A DNA stretch of 64,000 bases from Bugula neritina. Lineage: Eukaryota; Animalia; Bryozoa. Made by a program: the position numbers and the translations under genes. Position 1 is the stretch's first letter. Every line of letters starts with the position of its first letter. Positions 46,819 to 59,500 of this stretch are shown here, one piece after another. Where the stretch lies: positions 5,241,190 to 5,305,189 of the forward strand of contig OZ037771.1 in the NCBI GenBank assembly GCA_964035545.1. Direction: 5' to 3'. Under the pieces are notes generated by a model, which had not been told where the DNA came from, did no database searches, and saw only the letters and a program-made list of their open reading frames with translations.

Positions 46819-49800
46819 ATGATGAGTGAAATTCGAAATAACACCCTTTCCTCATCTGAAGTTCAGCAATTGTTCCAGTCTCTGCAAAGTCGAAGTATTA
46901 GAGAAGTGGCTTTGACTGTATGTACCATTAGAAGTCTAGCCTCGGAAGTCAAATGCATTCTCAGAGATCTCTTACATGATGAGGTTAGTTTTTTATTAAT
47001 CTCTTGAAAAAATTCTTCGTTGCTGCCAATGTGTCACTAACACTACAGCCTATTTGGATCAACTTTTTTTTCAGGCAAAGCATATTTTGTCCAACTGAAG
47101 CTTTAAACACACTTGATGATTATCAATGCCTGTTTAAGTTAACTTTTAATTGTAGTATTTAAAGCTATAAGCACTTGGTTAAACAAATTTCGTTACAGAC
47201 TTTTGGCTTAAACAATCTAAGAACTGTCATCAAAAGCAAGATATCCACAAAATGTCAAGAAATATGTTTCTATTATCCGCTTTATAAATGAGCTGAAATT
47301 AGCAAGCAAAATCATTAATCTGACATACTACAACATAATAAATGAGCACCACCCCATGCCCCTAAATTATTAAATTAGTTTTAGAAAAGCAAAATCAAAC
47401 TATTTAGCCATACAATCTTAGTTGTTAAGTTTAAATCAAAGAGGTATTGTGATTGAGTTAGTAGCACAATTAAAACATTACTTTTTTCAGCTATGTTGTA
47501 TTTAGAATATAAGATGAGTACAGGTAACGATAACAACCTCAATCACAAGTTATATATATTGAGTAGAAGTAAATAAATAGCAAATATGAAATCTAATGGT
47601 TGGTTATAAAAAAGCCTGCCAGCCAACAAGGTGATTAACCAAAGCATGTTATTAAAACATATTTAAAAAATATGAGATAATCTGCTATAACTTAGCCAAA
47701 TTAAAAAGATTTTATTTGTTGAATAATGAGAATTTGAAAAAAAAATTGAAATTCAACATAGCAAAAATGGCCAATTGATCTGGGAAATCAGAAAAGTTGA
47801 TACGCTAGTATTTGTTGTAGTACAAGCCAATCATTAACCAGTATATTTGATGAAACATCACAAATTCTAGTGTATATATACATTACTAGCTCACATTGTA
47901 GTTTCCATGCGTTTTATGTTACTATCTATATATTCATTAGGTGCCAGCACCCTTGCCTAGCCCAAGAATGCACGAGAATTCATCATTTGGAATGTTGGGA
48001 ATCACCCCACCTACCACATTTTCTCCCACGTCTAATATGAACACAGATTTACCAAGGCTATCTGCTCAGCCTTATTCTTCTTTACAGCGATCCTCAGGTT
48101 TGCCTTTGATATATCAGTGACATTACATTGCCTTAGCACTATACTGTCTTAGCACTGCAATGGCTTAGTGCCACGCTGCACGTATGAGCATTATGTTTGA
48201 TCTCTTCATTTGTTACTCTGTCAATGGTAATATTACTTCTTCCGAACATAAATTTAACCGAAGCATAGATCACGTTAACTGCTAAACTGTAGAATTGAAT
48301 CACTCACCACACACAAATACGCACACACTCACACATGCACACACAGTGAAGTTATTTATATTATATATCTATAATGAATCTTTACAGCTTGTTATCTATA
48401 ATATAACTCACTGTAAATAAATGGCCTACTGTATTTTATAGTTAAAGCAGTGAATGTATAATTTTTTTACTGTGTAATTTTATTTCCTTATTAGGTTTCA
48501 GTCAGCTGTTGGCGAAAAGAGGCAGACGCCGGCACAAATGTCACCACTGTCCCCGTACGTTCTCAGCGCAGGCTTCTGTATGGAGACACATCAGATCTCA
48601 TCACTCAAGTCAGTCAATATTCGGTGTTTTTATTGGCTGCCACGCATGGGTCTAGCAGCTGACAAGCTATTTTCATAATCTGTCATTTACTGTTTTGACC
48701 ACTTTTAATAACTTGGGCCATGGTTCTTTAGATATTTAAAAGCTTGCATAATTCTTCAGCAGTTTGTTTTTGCAGGTTTTTCACAATTTCAAATTACTCG
48801 GTGGTAACAATTCAAATAAATAAGTAGCTCTAATTTCCATATATTTGTTTTCTTTATGAATGTTAATTGTAGAACATGTTATTTGGATTGCCGTGAAATT
48901 ATTTCATAGTGTTTAAATTTTATCAAGTAATGTACTCGTTGGAACAGGTGGAAAGTCTGGGTGGTCCCAAACCTCACAGTTATACGTGTCATACTCTAAC
49001 ATGTTGTTATTGTAGGTAAAGCCTCTCTTCCCAACCCGCCAACTCTCACTGTGGGCACATCTGCGTCAACTTCTGAATCCACAGGAAATGCGTCAAATTC
49101 TAAGCCAATCACTGATTTGGATTCCCCGCTTTCTACTGGTACACTTTTCACCGTCAACTGCCATATTTACTTTAAGGTTTTGCTATTTTGCTCCGATTTC
49201 TATTTTAACTTTTTATTATAGAATATTGTTACTTAAAGTATTTTTTAAGTGGATGGGTTTTTTCAAAGTGTTTTATTGATATTTTTTTAGTTTTAACCAA
49301 ATAGATAACAGTGGCTTCAGGCACTCAGCTGTAAGTGTATTATCTTGTTCTGTCTCTTAGATAATGCAGGGAACATGTTCAATCTTCCCGATACATCTGT
49401 GAGCACACCAAAGGAAGTGCCATCTGCTATGGACGACTCTGTCAACCTGGTGGCAGTTGTCACCCCTGTGACATCTCCTCAGCCCGCCCCTTCACCTGAT
49501 GGGCACCTGTCACCCATGCCAACCATCGCTGATATGTTCAATGCTGAGCGGATCAAGGTTGGTTAATTTTCTTGTCTGGTATTCCACAAATGGGATTTCC
49601 CCACTAGCTTATAATAGTTAAATAACTATGTTTGTCAATTTGGTTAGAAATTGTAGTGGATAGTAGTTATGCCCTCAGTTTTGTAATAATGAATATTTTT
49701 CTACAACTTCATACGCCAAAGCAATTTGATGTGTTGCTGAAAAATCTTCAAAAAAAACATTTAAAGGGTAATTATAAAAATATAGAATACGATAAAAAAT

Positions 49801-52695
49801 ACTAAGTCATTATAAATGTTGAGGTTTAATTGAAATTAGCGAAATTTAGACAAATCAAACTATTTTATACAAGTTTGCTGGTTCTAATTTTTTCAGCCAA
49901 AAGTAAAAGAAGTAACTATTAAATATCGATATTAGATATGGTCGAATAACGTTGTTAAATATTATATCACATCACTACTAAACACTGTATCATATCACTA
50001 CTAAATATTATATTATAAATATTGATCTCTCTGCAGCCTGAACCAGATGAATCTATGAATCATACACCCCTTGAAGTGGATGCCGAGACGACACTGGAGT
50101 CCCCCTCCAAGACCTTGCAGGAGTATTCTGCGGAACTGGACGTGTCGCACTCCATGTCTTCTCTCTTCCCTCCTTCCTCCAATGCCTCTAACGATAACGA
50201 ACTGCAGATCAGGTATCCACTCCCAGTCATGATAGTCTCTGGAATAGTCGAGGCTGTATTCTACCAGCCTTATTTTCTTCACTACTGGTATTGTGATTGC
50301 CTTCAACAATTGCACTTACATTGCTCTTTTTTTAAACACCCAAATATATACTCTTTAGTATGTAAAACTCCGAAGGAATTTGCTATACCCTGCATTTCCT
50401 CATGGTGAAAGATTACAAACTTGAAAGCTGAGTGTGCTGTAGAAATGGTTTGCTGTGATAGGTTCTCTGTTCTAATCTTTCAAGTGATCAAATAGCCGAA
50501 GCATAGTGGTGGACAGTACACTCTCAACTTCATCATCTAATTGACATGCTACATTGACTGCACTTATTTACTTTTATGTTCAAAATTATTTTATTTTTAA
50601 TTTTATTATTCAACACTAATACAGTTTAGGACCTTCCATTAGTGCAGATAGCTATTACTCTTCGAGTTTTGCTGCCAAGTTACTATTGCTGCACAGATAA
50701 TGCCCAGGCTTACATTTTATAGGATTTCTTTACAATTTTCACAAGAGACACCCGTAACTTATGTACAAACCTGTGCCATAAAGTATATAAGAGAAAGTAC
50801 AAAGTGTGTCTATATAAACTAGTTAGGTTATTGTACATTATCCACCTATGTGACATTCACATTGTGTTGGTCTGAACTTACAGGGCATCTGTAGACGCTC
50901 AGCTGATGGAAATACCTGCAGACGGGATGTATCAGTGTTCAGACTGTCTATGGCGCTCTAAAAGTGCTGATACCATGAGGTAGAGTATCAGCATAATATG
51001 TGTCAGTGCGTTGTAATATGTGTCAGTGTTTTGTAACATGTGTCAGTGACTTGTAATATGTGTCAGTGACTTGTAATATGTGTCAGTGTCTTGTAATATA
51101 TGTCAGTGTCCTGTAAACATTTGAATTGGCCGTCAAGATCATGTCAGTCTTGGCAAATATGCATGATTTGCGTGTGTCAGTTTGCTTGTAGATAACTGGT
51201 CAGTTGTGAATATGAGTCATCACTGGGGCAGTCAGTTTTTTAATATTGTTTTATATGTAATATAAACGCTGATTTGATATATACTAAAGAGTGCTTTAAA
51301 TTTTAAGCTGTTTCATATTTGTTCAAAGTTTCTATACAATGTATATGTGTTGATAGATTTTATTGCTCTATGTTTGACATTGCCAGGGCACACATGTTAA
51401 GTCACAAAGGCATTCTGCCGTTCTCGTGCACCATCTGCAACTATAAGACCAACAAGAAACACGTTCTCACACGTCACTACACTGTGCACACTGGAGAGAA
51501 GCCACATAAATGTCCTATATGTTCATTTGGTTCCCTCGACCACGTGGAGCTGCTCAAACATATGACAGTAAGCACTTCTAATATAGTGTAGTACTAGTAG
51601 TAGTAGTAGTAGTAGCAGTAGTAGTAGTGGTAGCAGCAGTAGTACTAGTCGTAGTGGTGGCAGTGGTAGTAGTGCTAGTAGTAAGGGTGGTAGCAGTAAT
51701 AGTAGTATCAGTAGTAGTAGTAGCAGTAGTAGTAGTAGTAATAGTAGTAAGATTAGTGGTAGTAGGAGTAGTGGTAGTAGTAGTAGCAGCAGTAGTAGTA
51801 CTAGTACTAGTAGCAGTAGTAGTAGTAGCAGTAGTAGTAGTGGTGGTAGTAGTAGTAGTAGTAGTAGCAGTAGCAGTAGTTTGTACTGTAGGTTTTTTTG
51901 TATACAAAGCTGCAGGAGATGGTGAGTGAAAAAACTGCTATCTAAAGAATTAACTCTTTTTAGTCTCTTTCGGGTTGTGCTTCTGGTGGTTTACTATACA
52001 GTTGAATTATTGGCTGTATCAACCAAGTGTTGTGGTGACTGTTAGTGACACTACTGGGCTTCATCTTGCTTGATGTGCAACTTTTGCCCTTCGATAATGG
52101 TATCATTATTGGTTTATTCATGTCTTGAATTGTTAAGACCATCTAAGAGTTGTTCTGTGTGTATCAGGTGAACAACTACATATGCAATCACACATGGGTT
52201 GCAGATTTCCAAGCGTAACTTCTTATACTGACTCAATAATGTGACATTTAATACAAATTTGCAGTCTACATCCACTGAAACCACTACTTTGATTTGGAGT
52301 TGCCTCATCTTTATAGACTTTATACAAGTTGTTAATTACAGCTGTATTATATATAAGTATTGTCTACTCTGTAGTTTACACTCATTGTTATTGGACGTGT
52401 GCTATGTTTGTAGCTTATTCATCCATCATTTCTATTTCAGAAAACCCACCCTGGTGTCCACCCATTCACCTGCACTATTTGTGGGCATCACGCCACGACC
52501 AACACTCTACTGAAGAAACACATGAAACTCATGCATAGCATGTCCATTCGCAAGCAGCAGTCCCCCAGCTCTGAAGCGCACAATCTTAGCTCAGGTTCAA
52601 ACAAGTTCAAAGCAGTCAGGAATGTAGTGAACTCAGCCTCAGAGACTATTTACTCTAGTGACTCTAATCTAATGAGTCAACCTATTTTTCCTTGA
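46819..52695 (+). CDS. C2H2 zinc finger protein (5 fingers), 9 coding exons
   Basis: Phase-consistent GT-AG chain: 46819-46983, 47941-48097, 48495-48608 (CHHCPRTF..WRHIRSHH), 49016-49138, 49361-49557, 50037-50212, 50884-50979 (YQCSDC), 51387-51567 (CTIC..HYTVHTGEKPHKCPIC), 52441-52695 (CTIC..HMKLMH, TGA). Confidence 0.88.
50994..51115. repeat. 20-bp minisatellite, about 6 units
   Basis: tgtgtcagtgacttgtaata units. Confidence 0.9.
51584..51880. repeat. degenerate (GTA)n microsatellite, intronic
   Basis: gta/gca/gtg triplets. Confidence 0.95.
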
Positions 52696-53561
52696 AAATA
52701 ATTTTATTTGTAAAGTACAATTATGCCTATATTATACATATGTGTATGGTATTGTATTATACGTACATATATGGTATTGTATTATACATATGTGTATGGT
52801 ATTGTAATGCAATACATGGTATTTTGTGCCTGTATGGTATAGTGTTATATTTATATATACAATATTGTGTTATAATACATGATATTGTATTATGTGTGTA
52901 CTGCATAGTACTCTAATGCATAAGCCATAATGTTTTATACATGTAATACTTGTCTTTTTTAATGGATTAAGCTATTTGAAATAGTCAAAACTGTAAAAAA
53001 TAAGTTAGTTTAGACGTTTTACATGGACATTATGCAATAGTAAACCATTTAGTTATAAAGTAGTAACAATAATAATGTGTATCTTTTACACCCATGTCTT
53101 CCTTTATTACTAAGATACATTGTCCAGCTCTTCTCAATACGATCTTGTCTCTTCAATTTCTAGTAAATATTGTAATGTGTATCTTTTGATTCTGGATTCT
53201 AGTAAGAGTTGTGCTCCTAAACTAAGAATAAAGGGTTTTTATAGTCAATGCTTCTTTACAGTCAATCTATTAATTTGTATACAACTTGGGCTGCTTGATT
53301 ACCAAGTTAACTTCTGGTATATCGTCATGTTATTCTATCAACTTTAGTCTTTCAAAGTTCATTTTAAGACAGTCTGTAGAATTTTGTTGTTACTTTTGAT
53401 ACTTACTTTGCTCAGTAACAATATATTGTTTCACAAGTAATATGCCTAAAGAGTTTATAGCTAAAAGGTAACTGATTAACTGTTCCTTTGCCATCCTCAT
53501 GTGTTTGTTCTAGCTGAGCAATAATACTATAGTTAGTAAACACAGGTACACAAAGTTTTAA

Positions 53562-56500
53562 TTAAATCTGGCTCTGTGAAACACTTCCCATTGCCAACTC
53601 TGTATTTGTTTGATCTTTGTCTTCCTACAAAATAGTAGCATTATAAATCAAAAGTGGTATTTACCCCTAGATGTAATGTCACTATTTGCTAATAATCACT
53701 GTTTTTCTAAGCTTCGAGAACGGATTTTTCATTCAATGTTTGGAAACAGTTGCACAGACCACAACATAAGTTCATGCTGACCGCAACTACTAATTCATCC
53801 GAAGGAGCATCCATTCGAACAATGGAAGTAATGGAAACTCAGTGTATACCCATAGCAAAGGCCTGCAAAGTATCTAACCTGGTTAATCTTATTGGTTATT
53901 GTCTCCGAAAGAAATGGAATAGCCTACCTAGTAATTTTGGCTAAATAGAATCTTCAACTTTTATGTAAAAACCCATTTAATAAGAACTTTATATGAAATT
54001 TCATTTTCCATCAGTTGTGTCACTAACTTTGTAAAGGTATACCTCAGTAAGATCACAATCAGCGTTATTGTTGTGTACACATTTGTCCAAACAGCAAATA
54101 AATGGCCGAAGGAGGCCATATTGTTGATCAATGGCATCTTCATCTTGTTCTTCTAACACTTGCTGTGTGTCGCTATCAGTGATTCCTTCCTCTTTGAGCG
54201 TTTCATGTACGAAATGGTGCAGGAATGTCTTCTGGTATCCTCCGCCATTCTGTATAGAAAAACCACCTGAACTAACCAAGTTAACATTATTTGTACTTTG
54301 ATTTATACCTGACTTCAGCTGCATAGGATACCTGAATACCACTTTGCACTAAATTTAATATTGGACTGTAAAAAACAGATTTTGTGTTAGATGCCACACG
54401 AATAAAAAATATCTTACTGCAAGTCCAGCATTGGCTATTTCTGCTAATAAAATGAAAATCTTAGAAAATTCTAAAAATCATAAAAACTAAACAGAATGCA
54501 TTTTTTAATAAAGATTTCTAAACAACTAAATTTGTTTCTATCTGCTGTTTTATTTTATGTTTGCTGGCAAGTTGCAATACACAGTACCTTAATAGTTTCA
54601 TAGCTATCCATGATCACAGCTATGAACAAGTTGGCTATAGCAAAGACAAAGAGGATGATGTAAGAGTAGAGGTAAAGGCAGCTTATCAACCATATCTCTG
54701 TAGGATGGTCTTCATAATTTATTATAGACATGGTCGCATAAATCTCATCTCCATTAATCAGTGAAAATAAACTCTGTGCACTCTTGTGAACAGTCTCAAA
54801 CTGGAAAGAAAAATATTAAAACAGCAAATAATGACTCAAAACAACATAAAACTGATGCACACATATTTGATGCTTGGTACATTCCAATAAATTAGTTTCT
54901 TAAAATATATTGGAAACAGCAAGAAATAATTTTAGAACTCTAAATTAATATAAATTCAATTATTTTGCTACACCCAGTTTCCTTGAAATAAAATAATAAT
55001 GTTTTATCAAACAAAATACCTTCTCATTGTAGGGGCCTAACACCACCCAGCCAGCAAACAAGTAGCCAAAGAAGATGGATAGTCCACAGACTAAGAATCT
55101 AACTATTGCTGGAATGGCATTTGTGAGTGTCAGAATAAGCACCTGCAAGCATTGAGTGCAAATTGTCAAGTTTTCTCACATGTGTGCTATATGTAGGTTT
55201 TAAGGTAAATTACTAATTAGATGAAATTCACCATTTCTTTCAAAATGCATGCAGTACCATTCATATCGGGTTAAATATTTAAAAGCAATTGCAATATTGT
55301 TATATATTAATGAGATGAACTTAAAATAATATACGATCCCAATTCTTTATAAAATAAGAGATTACCGATTAGTTTAAAAACACAAATAAATAAATTTGTA
55401 GCCTACGTAATATCTCTCGAAGTAGCCTAAAAATCGAATTAACCCAATCCACTGAGACCAGTTGGCGATGGCCAGCATGATGGAGGCAGCGTTGAAAAAT
55501 TCTTCATTGTTGAATGTAGTCTGGTATGCCACAGCCTAAAGCAGAAGTATTAGCTTAAACACAGAGTTAGAGCACACAGGCAGCTCTGTTCTATATAATT
55601 GCAACAACTATAATATAATAGCTGATGGTATAGTAACTTCAGCAGTATTAACAGCAAGCATGATATCAGTGATATCAAATCTGTAAGCTTTAGCATGCAG
55701 ATAATTGTCATATATATCCCTTCCATGCATGAATTTTTTATGAGTCACTTGGTACACTGAAGTGGGGTGGGGGTAGCGGCCAGGGTTCTTCTTGGAGCTA
55801 ATGAGTGTTGTGGGTGGGTGTATGATAAATGTGCAGCCTATGTGGTAAAATAGACAACAAGCTGTTGGATAACTCCAAAAGCTACTAAGTTTTAAGTTTG
55901 TCTTAAAACTGTTTTACTCAATAAAATATAGTGTTGTAGCAGTTACGAAAAAATCTTTTATTTGCTTCACTTAAATATTTTATGTGTTTCATACTTTTTA
56001 AGAGTAATAAAAACTGAACATTAATTCATAGGCAAGTGCTACAGATAGGCCTTTACTTACTCCGTATTTTAGGTATATTTTAATACCAGTAGCTGCAATC
56101 ACTAGAAGGTCACTGATGATATACTGAATATACCAGAGTGTTATGAACTCTAATATTTCTGGTACAGTAAGACTCACTCCATAATGATCTTTAAACAGAT
56201 GTTTTGCCCTCTACAAAATGCTATAATTTGTTAGTAAACATTCTATACAATTGAGCATGAGCCTTAGTGTTAGCAGTTAGCAAATTTATGATCTATAGGC
56301 CTAAAGCACTTTAACTAATTCATTTGATTTAAGGTTATAATATGTCGTGAAAAATTCAAATTTTATACGACGGTAACTCATTTTAACTAATTTTTCATCC
56401 ATCAAATCAGCTGCATTTAGATGCAGTAATGGAAAAATTTAGATAGCCTAACTTCTTTAAATTTCTTTACAGATTTTGGTTTGGGGCGCGAATTAAAATT

Positions 56501-59500
56501 TTTAACATAACATAACATAACTTCTTTTGCTACATTTCTAATCTAGAACACAGGCTTTTCTCAATTTCTCCAGTACTGCACATACCTCATAAAGAATTTA
56601 TGGCTATAAAAGAATGATGACACTCAATGCATGATTCGCTTGAAAACAAGTGTATTGTGTGAATTAGCTATGACTTGTTTAGTTTTTTTTCTAAAAAGTA
56701 TTATTTTTAACCTGGAGAAGTTAGGTAATCCTCTCTCTACATGGAGGTGACAAGACATGCAAATTTTAACGTAGAAGTTATCTACTCTTGACATAGAAAT
56801 ACTTTTTTCTGATGTTTCTAATAGCAGTCAGTTATCATACCTTCATCTTTTTTAATCTCTGCACCAGACTACGAGCTGCTAACAGTATGGATATAAATGA
56901 TACTCCAATCACTAAGACATCGAAAATAGTTAGACCAACTTCTGCAGCCAAATTACCTACAAAATTAATCGGCATTCTATTACCAGATACTAAGCACTGG
57001 ATACTAGGTACTAGCCAGTAGTCACTAGCTATTAATGACTATACCTACTAGTTACTCGATACTAGGTACTAGCTACTAGTTACTAGCTACTAGCTACTAG
57101 ATACTAGGTACTAGCTACTAGTTACTAGCTACTAGTTACTAGATACTAGGTACTAGCTACTAGTTACTAGCTACTAGTTACTAGATACTAGCTACTAGTT
57201 ACTAGGTACTAGCTACTAGTTACTAGGTACTAGCTACTAGTTACTAGGTACTAGTTACTAGCTACTAGGTACTAGCTACTAGCTACTAGCTACTAGTTAC
57301 TAGGTACTAGTTACTAGATACTAGCTACTAGTTACTAGCTACTAGTCTAAACTACAACAGCATATAACTTGTGTCACCACAAAAATACATAAAGAGCAAA
57401 TCAAACTTTGAGAAGGCTTAAAAATGAGTTTTCCAAGGCGGCTAATTATGACAATAAATGAGAGAAACAGATATGCTTTCATTGGAAGAGTGCCAATGGT
57501 TTTTCTACGTATTATTGTATTGAAACACTAGTGTAAGCTATCCACCAGTTTTATTACAGTATAATAACAGATTTTAATAAAGTGGAACTCCCAATTGATA
57601 TAGTCTCCAAAAACACTCCTACAAAATAGCAGAACTATAAATTATCTTACGGTTTTCTATGCTTTGTTTTTGTTGGCTTTTCTTTTTTAATTCACATACT
57701 TTCATGTCTAGTTTAGTTTTGAGCTTAACAATGAATCTTCCACCATGTTTTGAGTTATCATACGTTATCTACAAACATGGAAAAAAATTATACTATACAA
57801 CTATTATTGGCTTACTTCCCAAAAACAGAAAATATATGATATCTATCCCTCGTACTCGCAGTTTTTTCTCCTCACAAGCCTTGGCCATTAATATTAACAT
57901 GCAAGCATTAAAGCCATTAATTTGGACCTCATGAGGTCTAAACCAATCACACATAGAATTTTTCATTGCCAGACAGAGTGATAAGCTTAGCAGTCATGGC
58001 TTTGCAAAGGCCTTGATGCATGGGTATACATAGCCTATGTTAACATAATTATCTTGTCTCCATTATTTACTAACTATGACCAAGATTCTGCCATGCTTGT
58101 TGTAGGCTTCCCTCTCTGAAATACCCACAAGCAATGGTCTCTGCTGCACAAGCTACAAACCATTTGACTGGAAATTATGTTAACCATAAAAAGTTGAAAA
58201 CTTATAACCAAAAGATGTAAAAAAAATAATGCTGCTGCTCACTAGAAACTTTAGGAGATGCTGTCATATCAAATTGTCATCTGGCTGTGGTCTCAAGCTT
58301 AAACTAAGTTGCTTAAAATATGTAGTGCTGAGTTTATCCAGTAGTCCTGTGGTGTAATGTGGTGTAATTTAATTAGCTGCTTGCAAGCCAGATGGCCTCG
58401 GGTTCAAATCCCAGTAGAGGCAAAATTATTTTATAGATTTATGTTGAAAAACTAGCAACAAGACATAACAACATAAAAACTCATTATCATAGAATTCCTG
58501 CTTGCTTGAACCAATGTTTCTAAAATTATATTATGATTTTAATTCTACATGCAGAAACCAAATTGGCTTATTTAGTACATACAGCATGTGACTTACAATA
58601 ACATTGAAGATGACACATTCAACATCTGCCAAGGGCTCAGCTGGTGTGTATTTTGGTATTTTCACATCTATTCCATACAGCTTCAGAGTTAAAGACATAT
58701 TAATTATTCTAAAATGAAAATGCAATATTTTTATTGATAAGCCAAACAAGAAACACAACATTATTAACATGCAACACTGAAACTAATTTTTCCATTATTT
58801 TTAGAGGCATATTAAGTTGTGATGAGTATTGGGGCTTGCATACTCACAGTACCATATGTTTGAGAAGTAGGAAGGGCTGTTTACATCATACAACCAGTCA
58901 ACTATAAATTAAGAAGGCTGGATAGTGAATTTGCTATAAGAGCTTCCTTTATAATGTAAAAGGTACCCATGTTGCAAATTACATAACTCATTCTATATTT
59001 TGGTTAATTAGTGTGTGCAATAACTGTTCATGTATTTTTTTTTTATTTTATCAGTTTTTGAGTTTATTGAAAAACATTAAATTTAGCACCACAAAACATG
59101 GATAGAATGCATGTATGTATAAGCCCTTTAAAAAGTTAGACTTTATAACAATAACAATAATTAATATTTACTTTTTTATGGTAAAAATAAATTTATTAAA
59201 TTGTCTTTTTCTTATCCAGCTTGATACTTTATTAAGCAGCTGCACTAGCATCTGCAATCTACTCACTCTCCAAAGCAAAAGCACAAAAAGTGAACAGGAA
59301 GTAAAAAATATTAACATGCCTTTGAGGTTCAATTGTCATGTTGTCAATGTTGAGGTGGTCCATGATTTCATAGCATAATTCTTCATTTGAACTCTCATTG
59401 CACCCTCCTTTCTTCACAATATCTTGAGGTAGCTCTTTTATAAACCCTTTGAAAAGTATGCAGCAAGGTGATGCAGTGATGTTAATATAATATATAGTGA

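Noticed and set aside
51578-51929. Poly-Thr (mucin-like) and poly-Val ORFs
   Set aside because: Intronic (GTA)n repeat; the zinc-finger gene splices across it in phase
44696-52695. ORF3 fingers captured from the neighbouring host C2H2 gene
   Set aside because: No visible similarity beyond the generic finger pattern; ORF3 lacks TGEKP linkers and introns
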